The translations under genes were made by a program, and so were the position numbers. From a virus, in IMG/VR virus record IMGVR_UViG_3300042987_004038, positions 32,831-96,830 of that record: a DNA stretch of 64,000 bases, one strand, 5' to 3'. Shown in pieces: positions 19,784 through 29,654 of the stretch. The stretch's first letter is position 1, and every line of letters begins with the position of its first letter. A model generated the notes under the pieces. It saw nothing but the letters and a program-made list of their open reading frames with translations. It searched no databases and was not told the origin of the DNA.

Positions 19784-21025
19784 ATGAAGAAGAAAGTACT
19801 AATTCTATCGGATCACGCCCTTTCAACGTCTGGTGTAGGAACTCAAACGCGACATCTAGTAAATGGTCTTCTTGAGAAGGGCAGGTGGACATTTAGACAG
19901 TTTGGTGCTGCAATGAAGCACACAGACTATAGGACTGTTGTTGTTAATGAGGATTTTATTATTAAGCCAATTGATGGTTTTGGGAATAGAGATCTTCTGA
20001 GAGTAACTCTTGCAACAGAGAAGCCCGATCTTCTTTTGATATTTACCGATCCAAGGTTTTTTATTTGGCTTTTTGAGATGGAAGATGAAATCCATCAAGT
20101 CTGTCCAATTGCCTGGTGGCATGTATGGGATAACCTCCCGTATCCTAGCTTCAATTCTCCTCTTTACGAAGCTACAGATTTAATTAACTGTCACTCATAT
20201 GCAACATTTGAGATGCTGAAAGACAGATTCCCTAATAAGACAAATTTTATCCCGCACTCACTTCCTCCTGATCTTTTTTATCCGCTTTCTGCCCAAGAAA
20301 GAAGGATGTACAAGTCAAGTCTTCTAGGAAGCGACAAGATAGAAAATTTTGTAGGAATCTGGGTAAATAGAAATGCGAGAAGAAAAAGGCCAAGCGATGT
20401 CCTTGAGGCTTGGAAGATATTTCTTGATGATTTGAAGAGAACCAAGGGACACCAGAAGGCTTCACTTATAATGCATACCGATCCGCTCGATCAAGAAGGG
20501 CCAAACTTGTACGCGGTATGTGATCACCTCGGAATATCAAACAATGTTGTATTTTCCAAGGAGAGGCTAGGCTTTGACAAGATGAATATTCTCTATAATA
20601 TTTCAGATTTTTGTCTAAATATTAGTTTTGCAGAGGGTTTTGGACTTGCAACGCTTGAATCAATGAATGCAGGTACACCAATCATAGCGGCAAAAACGGG
20701 AGGATTGACAAGGCAGGCTGTTGACCATAGAGACGGATCACACAATGGTATTGCTCTTGATATAGATCTCAAGGTAATGGTTGGGTCGCAGGGGGTCCCA
20801 TACATCTATGAGGACTATGTTTCAACAGAAAATACATCTCGAGCAATAATGAAACTCTATGAAATGTCAGATCTAGAAAAAGAGAAACTTAGAAGGAAAG
20901 TTTTTAGCTATTCAAGATCAGAATTCTCATTCAGCAAGACTATTGACGATTGGCATTCAACAGCTTCAAATCTAGTTGAAAACTGGAAAAAAGATAGAAA
21001 GAACTACGTTGTGAGGGAAATGTGA
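19784..21025 (+). CDS. Glycosyltransferase family 4
   Basis: ILSDH...SGVG, NRNARRKR, EGFGLATLESMNAGTPIIAAKTGG. Confidence 0.9.
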   Translation: MKKKVLILSDHALSTSGVGTQTRHLVNGLLEKGRWTFRQFGAAMKHTDYRTVVVNEDFIIKPIDGFGNRDLLRVTLATEKPDLLLIFTDPRFFIWLFEMEDEIHQVCPIAWWHVWDNLPYPSFNSPLYEATDLINCHSYATFEMLKDRFPNKTNFIPHSLPPDLFYPLSAQERRMYKSSLLGSDKIENFVGIWVNRNARRKRPSDVLEAWKIFLDDLKRTKGHQKASLIMHTDPLDQEGPNLYAVCDHLGISNNVVFSKERLGFDKMNILYNISDFCLNISFAEGFGLATLESMNAGTPIIAAKTGGLTRQAVDHRDGSHNGIALDIDLKVMVGSQGVPYIYEDYVSTENTSRAIMKLYEMSDLEKEKLRRKVFSYSRSEFSFSKTIDDWHSTASNLVENWKKDRKNYVVREM

Positions 21026-22185
21026 TGGAAGTAGTTATCAGAGCTCCTCTGCTGAGTATTTCTGGATACGGACATCATAGCAGGCAAGTATTCGAATTTT
21101 TGATGTCAATTCCAAATACAAATGTTTCAACCCAGGTTGTTCAATGGGGAAATACTTCATGGATAATTGATGCTGATCAGGAGCTAGGAATTGCTGGCGA
21201 TATCATGAAGAGATCGACAGATAGACAATCAGGATTTGATATTTCTTTTCAAGTTCAACTCCCGGATGAATGGTCTAACACGCTCGCAAAAGTAAATGTT
21301 GGAATTACAGCAGCTGTTGAAACAAATCTTTGTAATCCAGTCTGGGCAGAAAAATGCAACTTAATGGATGCAATTATTGTTCCATCTAATTTCACAAAGG
21401 AAGTCCTTCAGAAATCAGGAAAGATTGAAAAACCTATTTTTGTTGTACCTGAATGGTTCATGCCAGAGATTGAATCATCAGAATTTATTACAGATATTTC
21501 AACTCGAACTAGATTCAATTTCTTGATAGTAAGCCAGCTTACGGCACAAGATCCCGATTATGATAGAAAGAACATTGCCAACACTCTGAAGTGGATTTTT
21601 GAGACATTCAAAGATGACAATGATGTAGGAATAATATTAAAGACAAATAGCGGAAGAGGAACGACGATTGACAGGGCGACAACAGAGCACTTCTTAAATC
21701 AGATAATCTCTACATCCAGAAAAAATAGTAAAGTACCTGTCTATTTTGTCCACGGATGCATGACAAACGAAGAAGTTTCTGGAATTTATAGAAATAAGTC
21801 TGTTAGAGCACTTGTTAGTCTCACAAGAGGAGAAGGGTTTGGATTGCCCATTCTTGAGGCAGCCGCATCTGGATTGCCAGTCATTGCGACGGACTGGTCT
21901 GCGCACACTGAGTTTTTGAATCTTGGAAAATGGATAAAAATAGACAGTAATTTGGTTGAAATACCTGAGTCAAGATCTGATGGCAGAATTTTTATAAAAG
22001 GGACAAAGTGGGCTAATCCATCGGAAGAATCATTCAAGAAGAAGATAAAGAAATTTAGAGAGTCTCATGAAACACCAAGTCAGTGGGCAAGAGAGCTCAA
22101 AGACAAGTGCCAAAGCGGATTTTCAAAGAGCACAATTCTCAAAAGGTATCAAGAAGTATTTCAAGAGATACTAAAGAATGTTTGA
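21025..22185 (+). CDS. Glycosyltransferase family 4
   Basis: SGYGHHSR, IVPSNF, DRKN, GEGFGLPILEAAASGLPVIATDWS. Confidence 0.9.
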   Translation: MEVVIRAPLLSISGYGHHSRQVFEFLMSIPNTNVSTQVVQWGNTSWIIDADQELGIAGDIMKRSTDRQSGFDISFQVQLPDEWSNTLAKVNVGITAAVETNLCNPVWAEKCNLMDAIIVPSNFTKEVLQKSGKIEKPIFVVPEWFMPEIESSEFITDISTRTRFNFLIVSQLTAQDPDYDRKNIANTLKWIFETFKDDNDVGIILKTNSGRGTTIDRATTEHFLNQIISTSRKNSKVPVYFVHGCMTNEEVSGIYRNKSVRALVSLTRGEGFGLPILEAAASGLPVIATDWSAHTEFLNLGKWIKIDSNLVEIPESRSDGRIFIKGTKWANPSEESFKKKIKKFRESHETPSQWARELKDKCQSGFSKSTILKRYQEVFQEILKNV

Positions 22186-22471
22186 AATTATTTCTTTAAT
22201 TTTGTTTGTCCTTCTTTGCATTTCTATCTACTTTAACATAAAATTTGGAATAATTATTCTGAATTTAGTGGATGTTATTGAGGAAGTCCTCGATTCTCTT
22301 GACGAAAAATTCAAAATATTTTCGAAGATCCTTGAGAAGCCTGTTTTCTTCGATTCAGTTGAAGTAAGACAGGTAATACAAGAGATAAAAAATTGTCAAG
22401 ATTTAATACTTGAAATTGCAAACAAGCTATCGACATTCGGGAGATCGAAAAATGAAGAAGACAAAGACTAA
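22178..22471 (+). CDS. Small membrane-anchored protein
   Basis: Hydrophobic N-terminal segment (IISLILFVLLCISIYFNIKFGIIIL) followed by an amphipathic helix. Confidence 0.6.
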   Translation: MFEIISLILFVLLCISIYFNIKFGIIILNLVDVIEEVLDSLDEKFKIFSKILEKPVFFDSVEVRQVIQEIKNCQDLILEIANKLSTFGRSKNEEDKD

Positions 22472-23171
22472 GAGATCTCCAAAAAAGAACGATCTTAAGA
22501 TGTACTTCCACTCCGGAACGCATGATGCGATAGTACTTTTTCAAGAAGAGTCTGATCCAGATACAAGAAATAAAATTTATACCAATGAGATTCTTCCTGC
22601 TTTTACTAAACTTGTTGAAAATCTAATTTTTATTCACGGAGCAAATGTCCACGTTCAGGTAGAAGAATTTAAAAGCGACTGCATTAGCTTTCTTTATGAA
22701 AAATTAAAAAAATTCGATGCTTCAAGAGGTAGCAAAGCTTTCTCTTACTTTAACGTCGTTGCAAAAAACTGGATCATTATGAGGATGAGACAGAAGATAA
22801 AGCACACTAAAAAGCATGTTAACATCGACGACAAGACTATTGTTCCTGAGCTTGATGTGCTCAACACAGTTGATCCTTCTTTTGAGATATACGGATCTGC
22901 TGGAAAAAAGGCCGCACAAACAGAGCAACTTGACCAAATGTTTTTTGAAGTTTCTGATAGATTGAATCAGGAAAATGAAAAAATTTGCATGGAAGCAATT
23001 ATTAAGCTTTTTCAAAATATTGATGATATTGATTTCTTCAATAAGAGGGCTATTTTTGTCTACATAAGAGAAATGACAAATCTTAATACTAAGCAAATTT
23101 CTACTGCTATGTCGTCAATAAAGAAACACTATAGAGAGGCAATGCAAGAATGTGAGTTTGATATTTTCTAG
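22452..23171 (+). CDS. Phage late-transcription sigma factor (T4 gp55-like)
   Basis: Region-2-like KKFDASRGSKAFSYFNVVAKN. Lies immediately ahead of the baseplate block. Start re-called at ATG 22452. Confidence 0.7.
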   Translation: MKKTKTKRSPKKNDLKMYFHSGTHDAIVLFQEESDPDTRNKIYTNEILPAFTKLVENLIFIHGANVHVQVEEFKSDCISFLYEKLKKFDASRGSKAFSYFNVVAKNWIIMRMRQKIKHTKKHVNIDDKTIVPELDVLNTVDPSFEIYGSAGKKAAQTEQLDQMFFEVSDRLNQENEKICMEAIIKLFQNIDDIDFFNKRAIFVYIREMTNLNTKQISTAMSSIKKHYREAMQECEFDIF

Positions 23172-23183
23172 AGGAAGAAATTC

Positions 23184-23564
23184 ATGTCAAAGAAAAGCTT
23201 AGACGTAGAAAGCCTTGATTCTCACCTCACAGATCTGAAGAGCAAGGAGCGGAAAGTTGCACAATTTGATGATCTTCTTGAGTCAATTGAAGGACTAGAT
23301 AGTAAGAAAAAAGTTTTGTGGTCAGAAATTTATAGAAATGCTCTAACTGATAGAGAGAGTGCGTCTATTTTATTTACTGATACAATCCTTCAAATTAAGG
23401 GGAATGCAGCAAATCATTCAATTCTTGGCCCTGTTGTTGTGAAATATATCGAGAGAATGTCAAGGGCAAATGATCAAATCATAAAGCTGGCTGAGATTAT
23501 TACAAACGAAGAAAATCGACCCGTAGACTCTGATTCAATTTTCAATCAGATATCAGAGGATTGA
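23184..23564 (+). CDS. Hypothetical helical protein
   Basis: Clean ORF with SD GAGGA. No recognisable catalytic motif. Confidence 0.6.
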   Translation: MSKKSLDVESLDSHLTDLKSKERKVAQFDDLLESIEGLDSKKKVLWSEIYRNALTDRESASILFTDTILQIKGNAANHSILGPVVVKYIERMSRANDQIIKLAEIITNEENRPVDSDSIFNQISED

Positions 23565-23565
23565 A

Positions 23566-24675
23566 ATGTTTCAAGAAATACTTGTTACCGATTATATTTC
23601 ATGCTACAGCAAACTCACCAGCGACCAGATTACAAAGCTTTCAAGCGGCTTGGTTGATATAAACTTTCTAGAAAATTGTCCAAATGGGACAATTATTGGT
23701 GTTTTTATTGATCAAAAGTCTGACATGCAAAAGAGGATTTTTTATCCGTTTTTTTCACACATCAATATGCCAATCAAGCCAGGAGAAAGGGCATGGGCTT
23801 TTAGTCAAGGTCGTGGAAGAGTTCCTTACTGGATTACTAGGAAAGTTCAAAATACATCTGCAAATGACCCCAATTTCACAAATGATGATAGCGCAAAACT
23901 ATATTCTGCGCTCGGGAGTCAAGAGAACAAGAGAAATGTTGTATCAGGGATCTTTTATGATTCAAAGTCTGCTGCAAACTCTCTGGTCAAGATAAGATCA
24001 GATTCTTTGGCTTACCAGGATGATTTTATTGGAGAGCCTGCAGCCTATGTTGATGGAAATTGTAATGATGTTGTCATCCAAGGTTCAAATAACACAGCAA
24101 TAAAAATTGGAAATTTAGGATCATCAGGTACAGGAACAATAGACATAGTTGCCGGTCTTGGAAATCTTTCTCTACAAACGACAGTTGTAAACACTGAAGG
24201 ATACAGCGAAGTCCTAAAACCGCCTCTCGCGACAGACACATTGGTTTCTTCATTTGGGACGCTAAGCTCGGCGGATGAATCAAGAATTACAATTTCAAGA
24301 TCTTTCAACGCTGATGAATACTATTCTTTGACAGGAGATGATTCTGGATCTCAAAAATCAATCACTTTAAAGACAGACAGCGTTAGAATTATTGCACAAA
24401 ATGATTTAAAAATAATTGTTGGAACCAGTTCTGATCCATCAAGCATAATCCTAAAAAATGATGGGAATATCATTATTACTCCTTCTTCTGCTGGCGTTAT
24501 TAAGCTTGGAGGAGAAGACGCAACAGGTGCAATTCTCGCGTCAGTTGATTCAGTTGTTACATCAGGGCGTGTTGAGGCACCCTCTCTTGTTTCTACAGCA
24601 GGCGGATTGCTTGGTGCGCCTAGCCTTCCGGCAACTGGAATTTTTTCTACTAAGGTCCTGGTCAAGGTAACCTAA
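23566..24675 (+). CDS. Baseplate hub/central spike-like protein (gp5/gpV-like)
   Basis: N-terminal YPFFSHINMPIKPGERAW (OB-fold-like) and C-terminal beta-helix-like repeats (DVVIQGSNNTAIKIG, SIILKNDGNIII). Adjacent to gp25 and gp6. Confidence 0.55.
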   Translation: MFQEILVTDYISCYSKLTSDQITKLSSGLVDINFLENCPNGTIIGVFIDQKSDMQKRIFYPFFSHINMPIKPGERAWAFSQGRGRVPYWITRKVQNTSANDPNFTNDDSAKLYSALGSQENKRNVVSGIFYDSKSAANSLVKIRSDSLAYQDDFIGEPAAYVDGNCNDVVIQGSNNTAIKIGNLGSSGTGTIDIVAGLGNLSLQTTVVNTEGYSEVLKPPLATDTLVSSFGTLSSADESRITISRSFNADEYYSLTGDDSGSQKSITLKTDSVRIIAQNDLKIIVGTSSDPSSIILKNDGNIIITPSSAGVIKLGGEDATGAILASVDSVVTSGRVEAPSLVSTAGGLLGAPSLPATGIFSTKVLVKVT

Positions 24676-25766
24676 TGGGAACGCTGGAGACTGTAGGAAT
24701 TATTTCATCGGGAGAGATTACAACTTCCGCACGGACAAAATATAGAGATAATGTTGTCAGCACTCTTCTGAGCGGAATTACGTTGGGTGCGACGTCTCTC
24801 GCTGCAGGAACAATTTCTATGGGAAATTTTGAAACTGATCCAATTGATACAGTTAAACAAAATTATCCTGCGTGGCATGGTTTCTATATTGATGGACTCC
24901 AGAAGAATATTGCATTGCTATTAGACCTGATTCCGCCTGCAGCAATTCTAAAATTTTTGCCTGTCCCAATTTTTGATCCAACAGAGCCAATTGCTAGAGT
25001 GATAACTGAGCTCCAGGATTTATTTTTACAGATAGAATCATTGATAGGCGCCCCAATTGTTGATATTTTGATATCAAAGATTGATGTTACAATTGAAAAA
25101 GCTGCCGAAATATCAGCTGCAGTAACTGATGCAAATCCTGAAGCATTTTTTGAATCAATAAAATCAACAATAGAAGCTGTGCTTGATGCAGCGGATATCA
25201 ATCCAGACCTTGCCATTCAGAAAATCGAAGAACAAAGGGAAACAGTTATTGCCAAAGGCGTAGAAATAATTGAGAGTGCTAAAAACGCTGTCGAAGGCGT
25301 TTTGCCCGAGTTACCTATTCCATCTCTTGATATTTCTTTCATTGATCCTACACTTGACACTTCTCCTCTTTTTGCAACAGTTGAAGCAGACGGATACGAT
25401 GGAATAGCTACAAAATTTATCAAAATGATGACTGTATTCTTGTCAATCCCTGCTCAAATTGTTGAAGCTGCCAAGAGCGCAGCAGAGGCAGCAGCTGACG
25501 CGATTAAGGCAATTGTTGATGCTCTTAATTTGCTTATAACAAACTTTAAAGAAGGAATACTGGAACTTCTTAATGCCGTAGTGGGTTTTGTCTGGGATCT
25601 GATATCTCAAGTTTTGAGCATTATTTCGACAGCATTTCTGGAAATTTCTTCTATAATTAATATTATCTTCTTTTTTGCAAAAAGCTTTATTATTTCAATT
25701 ATTGGTTTTCTACTCGGATCGGGGATGATTGCACTTGCAGCTGCAAAATCTTTTGAGCTTGTTTAG
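24675..25766 (+). CDS. Hypothetical helical virion protein with hydrophobic C-terminus
   Basis: Ala/Ile-rich amphipathic helices, with the last ~70 aa strongly hydrophobic. Confidence 0.55.
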   Translation: MGTLETVGIISSGEITTSARTKYRDNVVSTLLSGITLGATSLAAGTISMGNFETDPIDTVKQNYPAWHGFYIDGLQKNIALLLDLIPPAAILKFLPVPIFDPTEPIARVITELQDLFLQIESLIGAPIVDILISKIDVTIEKAAEISAAVTDANPEAFFESIKSTIEAVLDAADINPDLAIQKIEEQRETVIAKGVEIIESAKNAVEGVLPELPIPSLDISFIDPTLDTSPLFATVEADGYDGIATKFIKMMTVFLSIPAQIVEAAKSAAEAAADAIKAIVDALNLLITNFKEGILELLNAVVGFVWDLISQVLSIISTAFLEISSIINIIFFFAKSFIISIIGFLLGSGMIALAAAKSFELV

Positions 25767-25787
25767 CTTTGATTTCTTTTCTTCAAA

Positions 25788-25794
25788 ATAATTA
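25788..25794 (+). promoter_or_regulatory. Putative late promoter (ATAATTA)
   Basis: Variant of the recurring heptamer, 5 nt before the gp25 ATG. Confidence 0.4.
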
Positions 25795-25799
25795 AAGAC

Positions 25800-26270
25800 A
25801 TGGCGTCAATCAGTTTTAAGAGTGTAGGAGACTTAAAAAATAATCCTCGTGCAGCACAAACTGCACAACCAAAGCCCGTTGGAATTTTAACCCCAGTTAA
25901 AATTACCTCCAGGGTTGGAGGACCTCTTGAAATGTCAAATACAGTCGTAGATCAAATGATTGATAATTTTAGAAATATGCTGATTGTTAATCACGGAGAA
26001 AGACTTCCGCTCTATGACTTTGGAGCAAATTTACGAGCACTTCTTACAGAAAGACTGTCACAACCAGATTATGATGAACAGGCAATGATGTATATTAAAG
26101 CAACAACTGAAAAATACATGCCTTACATAAGCTTGAATTCTTTTGAAACACAAATTCTCGAGAGCAATGACAGAACAACTTCAAGAATCAAAGTTCTTGT
26201 AGAGTTTTCAATTCCAAAGATCTCAACGGCTGTTCGTACTGTAGAAATCATTCTAAAAAACATCGGTTGA
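25800..26270 (+). CDS. Baseplate wedge subunit gp25-like
   Basis: DNFRNMLIVNHGERLPLYDFGANLRALL...KYMPYI, the gp25/GPW signature. Confidence 0.88.
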   Translation: MASISFKSVGDLKNNPRAAQTAQPKPVGILTPVKITSRVGGPLEMSNTVVDQMIDNFRNMLIVNHGERLPLYDFGANLRALLTERLSQPDYDEQAMMYIKATTEKYMPYISLNSFETQILESNDRTTSRIKVLVEFSIPKISTAVRTVEIILKNIG

Positions 26271-26272
26271 AA

Positions 26273-28123
26273 ATGTCACTCACAAACGTAAAGAAAAATC
26301 TAAAGCAAAAAAGACAAAGAAACTACTTGGCCAGAGACTTCGACAGTTTCAGGACAGAGCTTATCAAATATGCGAAGATCTATTTCCCAGATCAGATTCA
26401 GGACTTTTCTGAAGCATCTGTGGGTGGTCTCCTTGTCGATCTAGTTTCCTACATTGGAGATTCAACAGCTTTTTATCTAGACCACCAGTTCAATGAGCTT
26501 GGACTTGATACAGCTGTTGAGAGAAAAAATGTTGAAAGACTAATAAGACTTGCAGGCGTGAAAATCAGAGGCGCATCTCCCGCGTATTGCAATATTGATT
26601 TTTCATTTGTTGTTGACGCAACCACGCAAGGAAATGGGTATATTCCGGTAAATTCTCAATTACCAATTTTAAGAACTGGTACGCGAGTAACCTCAAATAC
26701 TGGAATTACATTCACACTTAGAACAAATGTTGATTTTTCTGAAGTTGACCAGTTTGGAAAATACATTTGTACATTTGTCACAAAAGATACAGATTCAAAT
26801 GGAAATCCTACAACATTTACTGTGACAAGATCTGGGATATGTGAATCCGGAGGAACAGCAGAAGAGTCTTTCCCGTTTGGATCAGATACAACTCCTTTCA
26901 AGACAATAACTTTATCAAATCCAAATGTGAATGAAATTCTTTTGGTTGTTGATTCTGAAGGGAACGAATACTATGAAGTTGACGCACTTTCACAAGATAC
27001 AGTTTTTAGATCCATTGAAAACTATAACTCCGATGTAGATTACGTTGAAAATGCTCTAGCAGTCGTTCCTGCACCATACAGATTTGCAACCCGTGCTGAA
27101 TCAGATTCGGGAGTTGTGACTATAGTTTTTGGATCTGGTCAAGCTGGGACGCTGGACAACGACATCTTACCTGATCCGAGCGAGGTATCGCTTCCTCTTT
27201 TTGGAGACAAGAAGACTTTTCCAAGGGCATCAATTGATCCAAATTCAATGATTGGATCGAAGAGTCTAGGAATAACTCCAATCAATACAACAATAAGAGT
27301 CAGATATAGGCACGGAGGAGGAATTTCCCACAATGTCTCCGCAAATACGGTGAAAACAATAAGCAATCTTGTCACAAAGTTCAGCCCAGGGCTGTCTCCG
27401 ACTAAGGTTGCAACAATAAGATCAACAATTTCAGTTAATAACCCTAGCGCAGCGAGCGGAGGAGAAAATGCTCCCACTCTTGAAGATCTAAGATCTGTGG
27501 CTCTGAGTATTAGAAATTCTCAAAACAGAGTCGTCTCTAAAGAAGACCTGATCGCAAGAATATTTTTGATGCCTACAAATTTTGGAAGAGCATTTAGAGT
27601 TGGTATACAGCCAAATCCAGTTAATCCTCTTTCTTCCCTTCTTTATGTGATCAGTAGAGACTCAGATGGATATCTTGCACAATCTCCAGACACACTCAAG
27701 AGAAACATTTCAACATACATAAATGAGTTCAGAGTTGTTTCGGATGCCTTTGACATACTTGATGCCAAGATAATTAATATTGGATTCACTTACAGTGTTG
27801 CCATAGACGACAGAGAAGACAAAGAAGGTGTCCTAACAAAGATAAACAATTCTATCGCAACATACTTGGACACAAATAATATGCAAATTGATGGCGGAAT
27901 ACAAGTTTCTGATCTAATAAATCTGATATTAAATCAGGATGGTGTGATAAGCCTAGAGAGCTATAGTTTTTCAAGCCTGACTGGAACTGTTGATGAGAGG
28001 GTCTATTCTTCTTTCTCCATAAATCCAAATACTTCAATTAGGCGAGGGGTGCTTTCTCCTCCTGTTGGATCAATATTTGAAGTAAAATACCCAGATGTTG
28101 ATATATCAGGAAATGCAATTTAG
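26273..28123 (+). CDS. Baseplate wedge protein gp6 / baseplate J-like
   Basis: NYLARDFDSFRTEL, DFSEASVG, SYIGD..FYLDHQFNE, YRHGGG, NNPSAASGG, QNRVVSKED. Confidence 0.88.
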   Translation: MSLTNVKKNLKQKRQRNYLARDFDSFRTELIKYAKIYFPDQIQDFSEASVGGLLVDLVSYIGDSTAFYLDHQFNELGLDTAVERKNVERLIRLAGVKIRGASPAYCNIDFSFVVDATTQGNGYIPVNSQLPILRTGTRVTSNTGITFTLRTNVDFSEVDQFGKYICTFVTKDTDSNGNPTTFTVTRSGICESGGTAEESFPFGSDTTPFKTITLSNPNVNEILLVVDSEGNEYYEVDALSQDTVFRSIENYNSDVDYVENALAVVPAPYRFATRAESDSGVVTIVFGSGQAGTLDNDILPDPSEVSLPLFGDKKTFPRASIDPNSMIGSKSLGITPINTTIRVRYRHGGGISHNVSANTVKTISNLVTKFSPGLSPTKVATIRSTISVNNPSAASGGENAPTLEDLRSVALSIRNSQNRVVSKEDLIARIFLMPTNFGRAFRVGIQPNPVNPLSSLLYVISRDSDGYLAQSPDTLKRNISTYINEFRVVSDAFDILDAKIINIGFTYSVAIDDREDKEGVLTKINNSIATYLDTNNMQIDGGIQVSDLINLILNQDGVISLESYSFSSLTGTVDERVYSSFSINPNTSIRRGVLSPPVGSIFEVKYPDVDISGNAI

Positions 28124-28133
28124 GAGATTATAA

Positions 28134-29654
28134 ATGTACAGAATTTTTCAAGCAGACAAGGACTCGTACATCACTAACAAGATAATCTCCAATACTCTCC
28201 GAGCTACTGATTCAAATCTTGGTCAGGCAGGAACAATTGACTTGTTCAAAATGTATGATGAAAATACATTTACCGGAGAAGACAGCCCGATAGAGATAAG
28301 CAGAGCACTTATCCATTTTGACATTGATGACCTGCGAGATTCAATGAATAGTGGAGAGTTTGACCCCAATAGCTCAGATTTTTCTTGCAGCCTCTATTTA
28401 CACGATGTTTATGGAGGACAGACAACACCCACAAATTTTTCTCTAGTTGTCTACCCACTTTCAAAGAGCTTTGATGAAGGATCAGGAAGAGATGTTGTTC
28501 GCTTTGAAGATATTGATGTTGTAAATTTTATAACAGCCTCCGTCTCGAGCACAGTTGTCACATGGTCGGTCTCGGGCGCTAATTCGGGTGCTGATATTTC
28601 TGGATCCAATCAAGATTATTTTACACAAGGAAATTTAAACGACGGATTAGGAGTTGTTTCTTTTGCTTCAACTCAGGTGTTTTCGACTGGGCAGGAAGAT
28701 CTAAACGTAGATGTCACAAAAATAGTGTCGGGAGTTCTTGCAAATCAGCTACCAGATTCTGGATTTAGAATATCCTTTATCTCAAGTCAAGAATTAGACC
28801 AAAAAACAAGATTTGTTAAGCGTTTTGCTTCAAGAAACACTACGAATACATCAAAAAAACCCAAATTAATAGTCACCTACAACGATGTAATATCAGATAA
28901 GACAAAAAATTTTGAATTCAATACTTCTGGTACTCTGTTTTTGAATACATTTGCAGCAGGATCTCCTGCAAATTTACTTTCAGGCTCAAATTTATCACAA
29001 CTGACAGGAAGCAGCTGTATCAAGATTAAAATACAGTCAGGAAGTGTACAGAGGACATTTTTTGGATCCCAGCACAAGGTAGGAGATGTCTCAGTAACGG
29101 GAATCTATTCTTCAAGTTTCTTAGTAAATTCTTTTGATAGTGATATCTTTCAAAAGCTAACAGGGTCAGCTCAGTCTATTGATTCTTTTGATTTTAGCGT
29201 GAAATGGCTTTCAAATGATGAATCAGTACAATTTGCTACGGGATCACTCGAAATAAAAAGAAGAGATACAACGTATTTTTCACAGACACCACAGCGGTAT
29301 TTTATAAACATTACAAATATGCAATCATCCTACAAGCAAGATGAAAAGATTAGGTTCAGGCTATTCATCGAAGACTTCAATAGAAATGTAATATTCGTTA
29401 AAACTCCTCTTGAAAATACCGGAGTTGTTGTAGAAAAGTGTCTGTACAGCATTAGAGATTTTGAGAGCGGAGATATTATAGTTCCTTTCCACGATCCTGG
29501 AACGCAGACGTCCAACGATTCAACATCTCATTATTTTGATTTTTATATGTCGACACTGCCAAGAGGAAGAACATATACATTTGATTTTAAGATAATAAAC
29601 AAAGGCTTAGAAGCGCTAATAGGCGATGTAGCTGCAAAATTTAGGATTGAATAA
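28134..29654 (+). CDS. Virion/baseplate protein with DNRLRE/CBM96-like beta-sandwich
   Basis: DKDSYI...SRALIHFDI...SLYL...YPLSKSFDEG...FASRN...PKLIVTY pattern. SD AGGAG. Confidence 0.55.
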   Translation: MYRIFQADKDSYITNKIISNTLRATDSNLGQAGTIDLFKMYDENTFTGEDSPIEISRALIHFDIDDLRDSMNSGEFDPNSSDFSCSLYLHDVYGGQTTPTNFSLVVYPLSKSFDEGSGRDVVRFEDIDVVNFITASVSSTVVTWSVSGANSGADISGSNQDYFTQGNLNDGLGVVSFASTQVFSTGQEDLNVDVTKIVSGVLANQLPDSGFRISFISSQELDQKTRFVKRFASRNTTNTSKKPKLIVTYNDVISDKTKNFEFNTSGTLFLNTFAAGSPANLLSGSNLSQLTGSSCIKIKIQSGSVQRTFFGSQHKVGDVSVTGIYSSSFLVNSFDSDIFQKLTGSAQSIDSFDFSVKWLSNDESVQFATGSLEIKRRDTTYFSQTPQRYFINITNMQSSYKQDEKIRFRLFIEDFNRNVIFVKTPLENTGVVVEKCLYSIRDFESGDIIVPFHDPGTQTSNDSTSHYFDFYMSTLPRGRTYTFDFKIINKGLEALIGDVAAKFRIE

